A stretch of DNA of 59,798 nucleotides, filler included. It is 5 parts of 5 records of this genome, joined end to end, with 100 filler letters (N's around TTAATTAATTAA, not from the genome) between each part and the next. Parts side by side here need not be neighbours in the genome. Positions count along the whole stretch, not along the records: positions 36,743 to 54,222 come from DRR723986_6644; 4 more parts are not named here. One strand, written 5' to 3'. Of the stretch, positions 40,132-49,373 are shown in pieces (the first letter of the stretch is position 1; each line of letters starts with the position of its first letter). The notes under the pieces were generated by a model, which did no database searches, had not been told where the DNA came from, and saw only the letters and a list, made by a program, of their open reading frames with translations. A program made the position numbers and the translations under genes.

Positions 40132-42719
40132 CAACCGCCGCTGCGGATGCTCTCACAACCCTGCGCCTGACCCTTCATCAAAACTCCTATCATCCTGTTC
40201 CTGTGCTCGGCCCGCATGTGGCTACGAAAGCAGCAGGAAAACGTCCCGTCATGAAATCATGGGAGGCCGTCTGTGCGACGGCCGACCCAACGGAGATCAC
40301 CCGTTGGACTAATGCTCAACGAAACTGCACCAATACTGGCCTGCTCTGCGGCACGCTGATCGGCGTCGATATCGATGTGCTGGATGAGGAGAAAACCGCC
40401 CACTTGATCGCCCTCGCCAGCGAAATGCTCGGCGTGACACCTGCAAAGAGGATCGGACGCGCCCCGAAAATCCTGCTCGCCTACCGAACGGAAACACCCT
40501 TCGACAAAATCCAGACGCCCGAATTCCACATGCTTGATGGCATGGTCGCGCGCGTCGAGATCTTGGCCACGGGTCAGCAGTTCGTAGCGTTTGGCACGCA
40601 CCCCGAAACGAAGGCCCCCTATCACTGGCCAGAAAGCTCGCCCCTTGACCTGGCGCTGGCAGACTTGCCCACTGTGAGCAAGGAGATGTGCGCGGCATTC
40701 ATTGCAGCGGCAGAGGCGTATTTGCGCAAGGTTGGTGGGCAAACGACTGCAGACACCCGCGATGTCGAGCGCGAAGGCCGTAAGGTCGCCGGTTTACGTC
40801 GAAGCCAAACACCGCCTTTCGAATTGGTCGAGGAGGCACTGTCCTACATCCCCAACGATGACTTGGCTTACGACGAATGGGTTCGGGTAGGCTTGGCCCT
40901 CTACGCCGCGCTGGGCAGCGAGGGGCGTGTGCTCTGGGAAGAATGGTCCGCACAGGCTGCCAAGAACGATGCGGGCTTCAGCGCCGACAAATGGGACAGC
41001 TTTTCCGAGGTGCGCAGCATCACTGTCGGCACCCTGTTCTGGCTTGCCCGCTCAAATGGGTGGCGGGTTGAGAAGCCGCACCGTCCCAAAGCGGCTCCTG
41101 TTCAGATGGAACCCGATGGCTACGAGCCCAAAGACGATGGCCGCCCGACCATCAGGATCTATGCAGGCTTTCTGCACGAAACCATCGACATGGCCGAGGG
41201 CGCGCTCATGCAGGCGAAGCTCGGCTACTATCAACGCGGCAGCATGGTCGTGCGCCCTGCCATGGTGCCGGTCAATGTCTCCGGCGGCAAGACCATCGAC
41301 GCGCCCAGGCTCGTGGATGTCAAAGCTCATCATATGGCCGAGGCTCTGACGCGAGCCGCAAATTGGGAGCGCTTTGACAAGCGGGCTGAGGATTGGCTGC
41401 GCACCGATTGTCCGCATCGGATCGCTGAAACCTTCCTCGCACGCGAAGGCCAATGGCGCCTGCCCGTTTTGACCGGCATGATCACCTGCCCCACCCTGCG
41501 CGCCGATGGCTCAATCCTCGATCTGCCGGGATACGATCCGGAGACAGGGCTACTGTTTGACCCGCAAGGCGACCGCTTTCCGTCCATACCCCGCAAACCG
41601 GATCGTGAGATGGGGCTGCGTGCGCTGGGCTTTCTGAAGGACCTGCTATCGACCTTCCCCTTTGTCAGCGACGCAGATCGCGCTGTCGCCCTTTCAGCCA
41701 TCCTGACAGCCTTGGTCAGGCGCTCGTTGCCCACATCGCCCCTGCACGGGTTCAATGCACCCACAGCAGGCACCGGCAAATCCATGCTGGTCGACCTGGC
41801 CAGCATCATCGCAACGTCGCGTCCGGCACCTGTGATCGCGCAGGGAAAATCAGAGGAGGAAATGGAGAAGCGGCTGGGTGCCGCCCTGATCGCGGGCGAT
41901 GTGCTGATCGCCATCGATAACTGCGAAGAACCTCTCGGAGGAGAATTGCTCTGCCAGACCATGACGCAAACCAGCCTCAAGGTGCGCATCCTCGGCAAAT
42001 CCCTGAACGCCGAAGTTCCAAGCAACGCAGCCATCTTTGCCACCGGCAACAACCTGACATTCGAGGGAGACATGACGCGGCGTGCAATCCGGGCCACGCT
42101 TGATGCTGGGGTTGAGCGGCCCGAACTGCGCTCGTTCGACAGAGACCCTCTTCAAATGGTCAAGGATCATCGTGGTGATTACGTCGCCGCCGGGCTGACG
42201 GTGCTGCGTGCGTTTCATGTCGCTGGCCGTCCAGCACAGCGTTCACCTTTGGGATCGTTCGGGGACTGGTCGTCTTGGGTGCGGGACGCGCTGATCTGGC
42301 TTGGCGAGGCCGATTCCTGCAGCACGATGGAGGAGATGCGTGGGGCCGATCCGAAACTTGAAGCGCTGACGGAGGTGATTGAACAGTGGGATGCCGTGGT
42401 TGGCGAGGACCCTATCAATGTCCGCGAATTAATCGACCGGGCGACAAGCCAGAGATCACAGATTTATGGCCGCCCCGAGTTCGTGCATCCCGAGCTGCGC
42501 GAGGCGCTCCTCATCGTCGCGGGCGACAAGGGGGTGATCAACAGCCGACGCCTCGGACAATGGTTGGGCGGGCATCAAAACCGCATCGTAGGCGGGCGAA
42601 AAATCGTCGCAGCCACCCTCTCGGCAGGGCGGGCGCGCTGGCAAATCCAGGGGGCAGAAACCGGGGGAGGTTCGATTAACAAAGTTTCGGATAATTTGCG
42701 GAGCCGCGCCGATGGTTAA
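40128..42719 (+). CDS. Bifunctional primase/polymerase (Prim-Pol) + PriCT-2 + NTPase/helicase replication protein
   Basis: NTGLLCG.LIGVDID, GTHPET..Y.W, YDEWVRVGLAL..WEEWS..KWDSF..GTLFWLA, Walker A PTAGTGKS, IAIDN. Confidence 0.87.
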   Translation: MTTAAADALTTLRLTLHQNSYHPVPVLGPHVATKAAGKRPVMKSWEAVCATADPTEITRWTNAQRNCTNTGLLCGTLIGVDIDVLDEEKTAHLIALASEMLGVTPAKRIGRAPKILLAYRTETPFDKIQTPEFHMLDGMVARVEILATGQQFVAFGTHPETKAPYHWPESSPLDLALADLPTVSKEMCAAFIAAAEAYLRKVGGQTTADTRDVEREGRKVAGLRRSQTPPFELVEEALSYIPNDDLAYDEWVRVGLALYAALGSEGRVLWEEWSAQAAKNDAGFSADKWDSFSEVRSITVGTLFWLARSNGWRVEKPHRPKAAPVQMEPDGYEPKDDGRPTIRIYAGFLHETIDMAEGALMQAKLGYYQRGSMVVRPAMVPVNVSGGKTIDAPRLVDVKAHHMAEALTRAANWERFDKRAEDWLRTDCPHRIAETFLAREGQWRLPVLTGMITCPTLRADGSILDLPGYDPETGLLFDPQGDRFPSIPRKPDREMGLRALGFLKDLLSTFPFVSDADRAVALSAILTALVRRSLPTSPLHGFNAPTAGTGKSMLVDLASIIATSRPAPVIAQGKSEEEMEKRLGAALIAGDVLIAIDNCEEPLGGELLCQTMTQTSLKVRILGKSLNAEVPSNAAIFATGNNLTFEGDMTRRAIRATLDAGVERPELRSFDRDPLQMVKDHRGDYVAAGLTVLRAFHVAGRPAQRSPLGSFGDWSSWVRDALIWLGEADSCSTMEEMRGADPKLEALTEVIEQWDAVVGEDPINVRELIDRATSQRSQIYGRPEFVHPELREALLIVAGDKGVINSRRLGQWLGGHQNRIVGGRKIVAATLSAGRARWQIQGAETGGGSINKVSDNLRSRADG

Positions 42720-42736
42720 CGACGATTACCAAGGAT

Positions 42737-42904
42737 TCTGGTGGGTTTGGTGGATTTGTTTCGGGCGATATCTGTGTTTGTCAGAAAAACTGTCAGCGAC
42801 GTGGAGGATCCAGACACCTGACATCCTCCAACCCACATCACATGTTTTGACAGTTACAGGAAGCGGGGCAAAACTGATCCACCAAATCCACCAAACCCAC
42901 CAGA
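42737..42904. repeat. Candidate replication origin: opposed iteron arrays forming a 22-bp perfect inverted repeat
   Basis: TCTGGTGGGTTTGGTGGATTTG (42737-42758) and CAAATCCACCAAACCCACCAGA (42883-42904), built from 9-bp TGGTGGRTT units. Confidence 0.72.
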
Positions 42905-42976
42905 CAGAATGGCAATGGTTTGTAGCTGGCGTGACAGTTTGGAAGATTATCCGAAAACTTGTAACTGCCGCGCGGC

Positions 42977-43020
42977 GGTTCCTCCTGGGGGGATTTGTAT
43001 GCGGGGGGGCGCAGCGCATA
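42977..43020 (+). other. Candidate lambda-like cos site (cosQ-like + cosN-like)
   Basis: GGTTCCT at 42977-42983, then TATGCG-[GGGGGGCGCAG]-CGCATA dyad at 42998-43020, just upstream of terS. Confidence 0.62.
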
Positions 43021-43045
43021 AGCCCGCCAGCGTCAGGGGGCAGAA

Positions 43046-43564
43046 TTGACTAAACTCAACAGTTCAGAGTCCAAAACGGACTTCGCCACCCGCGTCGGCC
43101 TTACAAAGGGCCGCATCTCGCAGTTGATCACCAACGGCCTGCCTGTGCGGCCGGATGGGCAGATTGACGTGGCCGAGGGGCTGGCTTGGATCGAGGCCAA
43201 TCTCAATCCCTCGCGGCGCAACAAGGGCGGTGCGGCAGCCTCATTCAGCCCGTCGCGGGCTGGAACCACCTTGGCCGATGCCAAGCGGCTGCATGAAATC
43301 GTGAAAGTGCAACGCGCCAAGCTTGCCTTTGAAAAGGAGCAAGGGCTGTTGATCGACACGGCTGCCGCCACGCGCACCGTGTTTGCGCGCGCCCGTGCTG
43401 AACGCGACGCGCATATGGCTTGGGTGCAACGCAGCGCGCCCCTGCTGGCGGCAGAACTCGGCGCTGATCCTCGGGCGACCTTCGCCGCGCTCGACTGCAT
43501 GATGCGCGAGCATCTCGAACATTTGGCCGACATGCCGTTGGGGAGTTTTGACGATGGTGCCTGA
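43046..43564 (+). CDS. Putative terminase small subunit (Nu1-like wHTH)
   Basis: SKTDFATRVGLTKGRISQL..GLP HTH plus coiled coil; overlaps the terL start. Confidence 0.78.
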   Translation: MTKLNSSESKTDFATRVGLTKGRISQLITNGLPVRPDGQIDVAEGLAWIEANLNPSRRNKGGAAASFSPSRAGTTLADAKRLHEIVKVQRAKLAFEKEQGLLIDTAAATRTVFARARAERDAHMAWVQRSAPLLAAELGADPRATFAALDCMMREHLEHLADMPLGSFDDGA

Positions 43565-45374
43565 TATTGATCTTGCCTGGCGGCGCGGCATTCGACCGGA
43601 ACCGCCAATCCCGGTCTCGGACTGGGCTGACCGCAATCGCATCCTGCCGCCCACCTCGGCAGAACCGGGCCGCTGGCGCACGGACCGCACGCCCTATTTG
43701 CGCGAGGTGATGGATGCGCTCTCTACTGCCAGCCCCTACGAACGGGTGGTGCTGATGAAGGGGGCGCAAACTGGCGGCTCTGAAGCGGGGCTGAACTGGC
43801 TCGGCTATATCATTCAGAATGCTCCCGGCATTGCGATGCTGGTCATGCCTTCGCTTGATATGGTGCGGCGCAACACCACCGTGCGGATCGACCCGCTGAT
43901 CGAGGCGACCCCTGCCCTGCGCGATCTGGTGGCATCGCCGCGCTCACGCGATGCCGGGAACAGCCTGTTTCGCAAATCGTTCCCCGGCGGGCAGCTGGTA
44001 ATGACCGGCGCCAACTCTGCGGTGGGCCTGCGCTCGACGCCGGTGCGTTATCTCTTCATGGACGAGGTGGATGGCTATCCGGGCGATGCGGATGGTGAGG
44101 GCGATCCTGTCGATCTGGCGATCCAGCGCACGGCCACCTTTCGAGGGCGGCGCAAGATTTACATGGTCTCGACGCCCACCCTGAAGGGCTATTCCCGCAT
44201 CGAGGCGGCGTTCGTCCATAGTGACCAGCGGTATTTCCACGTGCCGTGTCTGCATTGCGGTGACATGGCCCCGATCACCTGGGCGCGTATCCGCTGGCCG
44301 AAGGGACAACGCGACGCCGCCTATCTGATCTGCGAGGCCTGCGGCGGCGTGCATTATGAACATGAAAAGCCCCGATTGCTCGCGACAGGGGAATGGCGCG
44401 CGACCGCGCAGGGGGAAGGTCGCACAGCCGGGTTCCATCTGTCTGCACTTTATTCGCCTTGGGAAACCTGGGCGGAAATTGCCACCGAGCATGGCCGCGT
44501 AAAAAAGGACCCGGCTCGCCTCCAGGTCTGGGTCAACACGAAGCTTGGCGAGTCCTGGGAAGATCAGGCAGGCGACACCGTGCCTGCAGACCCTCTGATG
44601 GACCGCCGTGAAAACTGGGGTGCGGAACTGCCTGCGGGCGTGGCTGTGTTGACCGCTGGCGTCGATGTGCAAGGCGACCGGCTGGAACTGCAGGTCATCG
44701 GCTGGGGCCGCGACGAGGAAGCTTGGGTGGTCGATTACCGCGTGATTTGGGGTGATCCCTCCGGGCCGCGCGTCTGGGCCGATCTCGATCTGGCGCTGCA
44801 TGCCACCTACGTCCACAGCCACAGGGGTGCTGAATTGTCGATCCGCGCGACGGCCATCGACACCGGCGGGCACCATACCAAGGCGGCCTACGAGTTCTGT
44901 CGCACACGGCTTGCGCGGCGCATCTGGGCGATCAAGGGCCGAGGTGGGCCGGGTATTCCGGTTTGGCCGCGTCGCCCGACACGTACCAACAAAGGCAAGA
45001 TCCCACTGTTCATCGTGGGCGTCGATGCGGTGAAGGATGCGATCTACTCTCGCTTGAAGCTGACCGAGCCCGGTCCCGGCGCCATCCACTTCCCCCGCCG
45101 CCTCGAAGCCGACTACTTCCGCCAGCTGACAGCCGAGCGCGTCGTCACCCGCTTCGAGCGCGGTCGTCCCATCCGCTCGTGGCAGCCCAAGCGCGACAGA
45201 GAACGCAACGAGGCCCTCGACACCTTCGTCTATGCCCACGCCGCCCTGCACGGGCTCATCAGCATGGGGTTAAGGCTGAATGAGGAGGCGGAAGGGGTGA
45301 CTGTCAGAAACAGCCGACTTCATCAGCGCGACACAACAAAGCAAAGCTTGATAAGGTCCCGATGGATGCGATAG
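43554..45374 (+). CDS. Phage terminase large subunit, lambda GpA family
   Basis: SAEPGRW..RTPYLRE, KGAQTGGSE, YLFMDEVD, STPT, CxxC..CxxC, AGVDVQ, IDTGG, RNEALD. Confidence 0.95.
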   Translation: MVPDIDLAWRRGIRPEPPIPVSDWADRNRILPPTSAEPGRWRTDRTPYLREVMDALSTASPYERVVLMKGAQTGGSEAGLNWLGYIIQNAPGIAMLVMPSLDMVRRNTTVRIDPLIEATPALRDLVASPRSRDAGNSLFRKSFPGGQLVMTGANSAVGLRSTPVRYLFMDEVDGYPGDADGEGDPVDLAIQRTATFRGRRKIYMVSTPTLKGYSRIEAAFVHSDQRYFHVPCLHCGDMAPITWARIRWPKGQRDAAYLICEACGGVHYEHEKPRLLATGEWRATAQGEGRTAGFHLSALYSPWETWAEIATEHGRVKKDPARLQVWVNTKLGESWEDQAGDTVPADPLMDRRENWGAELPAGVAVLTAGVDVQGDRLELQVIGWGRDEEAWVVDYRVIWGDPSGPRVWADLDLALHATYVHSHRGAELSIRATAIDTGGHHTKAAYEFCRTRLARRIWAIKGRGGPGIPVWPRRPTRTNKGKIPLFIVGVDAVKDAIYSRLKLTEPGPGAIHFPRRLEADYFRQLTAERVVTRFERGRPIRSWQPKRDRERNEALDTFVYAHAALHGLISMGLRLNEEAEGVTVRNSRLHQRDTTKQSLIRSRWMR

Positions 45375-45449
45375 TCCATATCTGGTACGGGAGCTCTGCC
45401 TGAGCACTCAATCTTTGAATCTCTAGCTAATAAGAACTGGCATCCACCT

Positions 45450-47174
45450 ATGCAGACCATGCAACGCACCATTTCGCTCCCAGTCGAAAATGGCTGCCAG
45501 TCTGCTGAGAAGAATCTTGGCTCTGTGTATACACCAGCCAGCTTAGCCGACTGGGTTGCACGAACTTTTATTGAGATGGCATCACTCCGGTCGAATGCAG
45601 TTGTTTGCGACCCCGCATGCGGTGATGGTGAACTATTGCGTGCCGTGCAAGCGAACCGACCGAGTATGACGCTGCTCGGAATCGACATCGATCCATCTGC
45701 TGTTGAGATTGCTTCAAGAAAGAAGGACGCGGGTCGATTTCTATTCAAGAATTGCGATGCTTTAGGCTCTCCGGATAGCTCCCGTATTCCTTCCTGGGCC
45801 TTACTGTTCGGAAAAAAGAATATTGATGGCGTGATCGCAAACCCGCCTTGGGGAGCTGACCTCAATGCATCGCGTCAAGAACTTACGGCGATTGGCTATA
45901 GCTTTGCGAAGGGTCAGTTTGACAGCTGGAACCTTTTTGTTGAGGCAACACTCAGTAATCTACGCCCATCTGGAACTGCTGCGTTCATTATTCCCGATTC
46001 TATCTTTTTGCCTGAGCACGCGCGTATGCGTGAGTTTCTGCACTCCAATGTTCAAATCGCTTTCATCGCACGACTTGGTGAAGGGTTCTTTCCAGAAATT
46101 TTCCGGGGCACCGCAATTGTGATTGTCAGAAAGTCTCCTCCGGAAGACGATCACCAAGTTGAGACGCTTCGCTTGAATCGAGAAGATCGGAGCGCGGTGC
46201 TTACAGGAAAGAAAACCTTAGACGAGATCAGGCAGGCAAAGGCACACCTCCTGCCCCAATCCAGATTTCAGAACGACTTATTTGGGCGTTGGGATATCGA
46301 CAGTACAATATCCGAAGAAGCTCAAATCCACGCTTACTCGTCTAGGCGTTCTGACTGGACGCAATGGCTATGCTCAGGGCGTGGAGTAGAGCTGTCAAAG
46401 TTTGGGAACGTGGATGTCTGCCCAGCTTGTGAGTTTTCGAGACCCGCTTCCAAAAAACAACAACTGACCTGCGCCAACTGCGGTCATACGTCTGGGTCAC
46501 TCGACTTTCGCAAGATGCAAATTGTAAACGACGAGCCGAGCAATTCAGATTCTTTTCCGTTTCTCGTTGGGGAAGATGTTGGTCGTTACTTTGCGTCGCC
46601 AAGTCGCTACATCGAGAAGTCGGTGCGCGGAATAAACTACAAGTCGCAAGATGTTTACAGCCGCCGCAGGCTTTTGATCAGAAAAACTGGAATTGGAATA
46701 AAGGCTGCCATCGTCAATCAGCCTAGCATGACAAATCAAGTTGTATTTCACTACTTTGAAAATCCCGCTTTGGAAGTGCCTCCATTCTTCCTTTCCTATT
46801 GTTTGGGCGTCTTGGGGTCGCGCACACTTCTAGCCTACCATCTCAGAACAAACGGCGACAACGAATGGCGATCACACCCCTATATAACTCAGAAAGTGAT
46901 TGCTGGTTTGCCCATCCCTCTGCCAGTTCAAGGCACTGAAAGTTGGAAGCAGGCCCAAGCAATTGCTGCTCTAGTAGACAAAGCGCTGGTCAAGGATGAA
47001 CTGACAATGAAACTTGATGCAAAAATCGAAGGGCTTGTCGCTGCGCAGTTTGGTTTTGACAATAACTCATATTCTTGGGTTGAACGCGTTCTCAGCCAAG
47101 CCGAGTCACTTGAACCGATACGTGCATTACAGTTGGACAGTCGTTTTTGCGTCATGCCGCAGTGGGCTGACTAA
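45450..47174 (+). CDS. Gamma-class N6-adenine DNA methyltransferase (TaqI/Eco57I-like) with Zn-ribbon insert
   Basis: GSVYTP (X), DPACGDG (I), NPPW (IV); CPAC..CANC; TaqI_C-like LLIRKTG...LGVLGS...LPIP. Confidence 0.9.
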   Translation: MQTMQRTISLPVENGCQSAEKNLGSVYTPASLADWVARTFIEMASLRSNAVVCDPACGDGELLRAVQANRPSMTLLGIDIDPSAVEIASRKKDAGRFLFKNCDALGSPDSSRIPSWALLFGKKNIDGVIANPPWGADLNASRQELTAIGYSFAKGQFDSWNLFVEATLSNLRPSGTAAFIIPDSIFLPEHARMREFLHSNVQIAFIARLGEGFFPEIFRGTAIVIVRKSPPEDDHQVETLRLNREDRSAVLTGKKTLDEIRQAKAHLLPQSRFQNDLFGRWDIDSTISEEAQIHAYSSRRSDWTQWLCSGRGVELSKFGNVDVCPACEFSRPASKKQQLTCANCGHTSGSLDFRKMQIVNDEPSNSDSFPFLVGEDVGRYFASPSRYIEKSVRGINYKSQDVYSRRRLLIRKTGIGIKAAIVNQPSMTNQVVFHYFENPALEVPPFFLSYCLGVLGSRTLLAYHLRTNGDNEWRSHPYITQKVIAGLPIPLPVQGTESWKQAQAIAALVDKALVKDELTMKLDAKIEGLVAAQFGFDNNSYSWVERVLSQAESLEPIRALQLDSRFCVMPQWAD

Positions 47175-48203
47175 ATGTCTTATCGCTACATCGGGAATAA
47201 ATCGCGGCTTCTTCGCCCTATTATTGATCGCATAGGCGGCATTGTGCAAAAAGGTGCTGTTGTCGCCGACCTTATGTGTGGAACTGCGAGTGTATCTGAA
47301 GCATTACGCGTTGCCGGCTATCGAGTAGTAGCTTCTGATATGATGTCGTATGCATTTCAACACGCTTGCATTCGGCTGAAACTTGACCGCCCCCCTACGT
47401 TCGACACTGTTTCAAAGGACGGCTACTTGGGGGTGCTAAAACACCTTGAGTCGCTCCCACGTACATCTGGGCATTTTTTCCGCGAGTACTCGCCTGAAGG
47501 CCAGCCTAACAACGGCGAACGACCGCGAATGTATTTTTCGCCGGAAAACGCCGCATCGATTGATGCAATTACACAACAAATCAATGAGTGGCGTTCGCTG
47601 GGAAAAATCACTGATCTAGAGAATTCGCTTCTTCGTCATGACTTGGTTCTGGCGGCAAATCGCGTAGCGAATATTGCTGGCACCTATGGACACTACCGGT
47701 CGACATGGAGCAACTCCTCACTTGCCCCACTCGCACTTCGACCGTCAACATTTCTGTGGGGCATATCTACAGATCATGATGTTTATCAGGGCCAAGCCGA
47801 GGATCTCGCTCAATCTATTTCCGCCGACCTCTGCTATATTGACCCTCCATATATGAAGCGACAGTATGCGGCCAACTATCACATTATTGAAACAATTGCC
47901 CGTGGCGACGCTCCTGAGGCTATTGGGGTAAGTGGACTGAGGCCGTGGCGTGACCAATATTCTGACTTTTGTTCAAAGCTTCGAGTACGTGACTCGTTCA
48001 GGAAAATTATTGGCGGAATGCAATGTCAAACCTTTCTTATTAGCTACAGCGAGGATGGGCTTCTTAGCAAAGAAGAACTGATGCAGCTTTTCTCAGAATT
48101 TGGGCGTGTAGACTTCGAGTGCCTTATACACCAAAGGTTCAAGAGCAATGTTGGAGGAGAAGGCGGAACGGTTGAGGAGTATCTATTCAAAATAACGAAA
48201 TAG
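47175..48203 (+). CDS. Alpha-class (D12) adenine DNA methyltransferase, M.NlaIII/M.FokI-like
   Basis: YIGNKSRL, DLMCGTASV, YIDPPY..RQYAANYH, ISYSEDGLL; start abuts the MTase1 stop (TAAATG). Confidence 0.92.
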   Translation: MSYRYIGNKSRLLRPIIDRIGGIVQKGAVVADLMCGTASVSEALRVAGYRVVASDMMSYAFQHACIRLKLDRPPTFDTVSKDGYLGVLKHLESLPRTSGHFFREYSPEGQPNNGERPRMYFSPENAASIDAITQQINEWRSLGKITDLENSLLRHDLVLAANRVANIAGTYGHYRSTWSNSSLAPLALRPSTFLWGISTDHDVYQGQAEDLAQSISADLCYIDPPYMKRQYAANYHIIETIARGDAPEAIGVSGLRPWRDQYSDFCSKLRVRDSFRKIIGGMQCQTFLISYSEDGLLSKEELMQLFSEFGRVDFECLIHQRFKSNVGGEGGTVEEYLFKITK

Positions 48204-48206
48204 CCC

Positions 48207-49373
48207 TCATTCTGTCCCAGTTATTGCGGCAACATGGTCAGGTCGCCATCGGATTACATGCGCTTCACCATTGATCTCGATTGGCAGTTCGTTACCCGAA
48301 ATCTTTGTAAGATCGAGACCTGTCACCTCTGCATAGTGCAACATACGGTGAATGTGAGCGCTTACGACAACCAGATTCGCAGGCGCATCGGCGCCGCCTT
48401 GGCCGAGCGGTATCAGATGGTGGACTTCGAGATATGGTTTTCCGTCAGACTTCTTAAAAACATACTTAGCTCCCGTGATCTGGCACTCGCCGTATAGATC
48501 TTTGAGTGCCTTTACTGCCTTCTGATTCCTTTCTCGGACTTTCATTACTATCTCTTTGACGGCCGGAGTTGCAGAACTGTAGTCCGCATCAAAAAGAGCG
48601 CTTGCTGCTTCCGCCTCGGTCATTTCTCGAAACTTTGGCTGCTTATTGGAAGTTGCATTCGGTGACGCCGTTCCAAAAGCAGGTACCGCAGTAGCAGGGC
48701 CAGTTGACAGCTTGCTGGAGGTCGAAGCACCAGAAGGCTTTGTATTCGGGGCGCTGACTGAAGCCTTTGAAGCGATGAATGGCCAATGCAAATTTGTCTC
48801 GTCAAAATCCAAAGCAGTCGCAAATCGGATAATCCCGTCGCCTTCAGCAAACAGTGGGTCAAGAACTGGAGGAAAGGCCCAAGACAATGGACGATCTTGT
48901 TCTCTCATCCATCCCGCCCAGTACGTACCGTCCGTCGCCCGAATGATAAAAACCACGAGACCCTTGATTAGCGGTGCGATTTGCGGATCAGCGGAACTTT
49001 CGAGCTGGCCCTTAGGACTCGGAAATCCAGTTTTTGCCGGGTGCCACGCATGAACTCTGTTAGACCTCCGGCTCGCTAACTTTTGCTCGCGAATGCTAAC
49101 GGTCGTGCCACGTCGCTGACTAATCTTGAGGGATTGCTCTAGACCTAGGCTTAGACTCTGAACTTTGAATGTCCACTGTGGAAAACTCTGAGCCATCAAC
49201 CTCGGAGTGATGCCGACAAAGAAATCGGACCAATCTGCTAACGAAACACCGCTGGTATCGACATCGATGTATGACTGACCGCCACCACCCTCTTCTGCGC
49301 CACGTTCCTTATAGATGTTGAAAAAATCCGCCGGTGTAATGCGTCGGAACACAAGCATAGATGCTTTTCTCAA
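48207..49373 (-). CDS. HNH endonuclease with N-terminal putative DNA-recognition domain
   Basis: ECQIT..F...GKPYLEVHHLIPLGQGGADAPANLVVVSAHIHRMLH; Ser/Thr/Pro/Ala linker; convergent with the MTases. Confidence 0.88.
   Translation of the reverse strand: MRKASMLVFRRITPADFFNIYKERGAEEGGGGQSYIDVDTSGVSLADWSDFFVGITPRLMAQSFPQWTFKVQSLSLGLEQSLKISQRRGTTVSIREQKLASRRSNRVHAWHPAKTGFPSPKGQLESSADPQIAPLIKGLVVFIIRATDGTYWAGWMREQDRPLSWAFPPVLDPLFAEGDGIIRFATALDFDETNLHWPFIASKASVSAPNTKPSGASTSSKLSTGPATAVPAFGTASPNATSNKQPKFREMTEAEAASALFDADYSSATPAVKEIVMKVRERNQKAVKALKDLYGECQITGAKYVFKKSDGKPYLEVHHLIPLGQGGADAPANLVVVSAHIHRMLHYAEVTGLDLTKISGNELPIEINGEAHVIRWRPDHVAAITGTE

Noticed and set aside
42712-43053. Trp-rich ORFs on both strands (FWWVWWI / VWWVWWIWWI)
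   Set aside because: By-product of translating the TGGTGGRTT iterons; the region is better explained as ori plus cos
43944-45251. Long antisense ORFs (435 aa here; also 51481-52935, 34013-35257 and 17321-19042 N-terminal extension)
   Set aside because: Shadow frames of high-GC genes with clear motifs on the other strand; no motifs of their own
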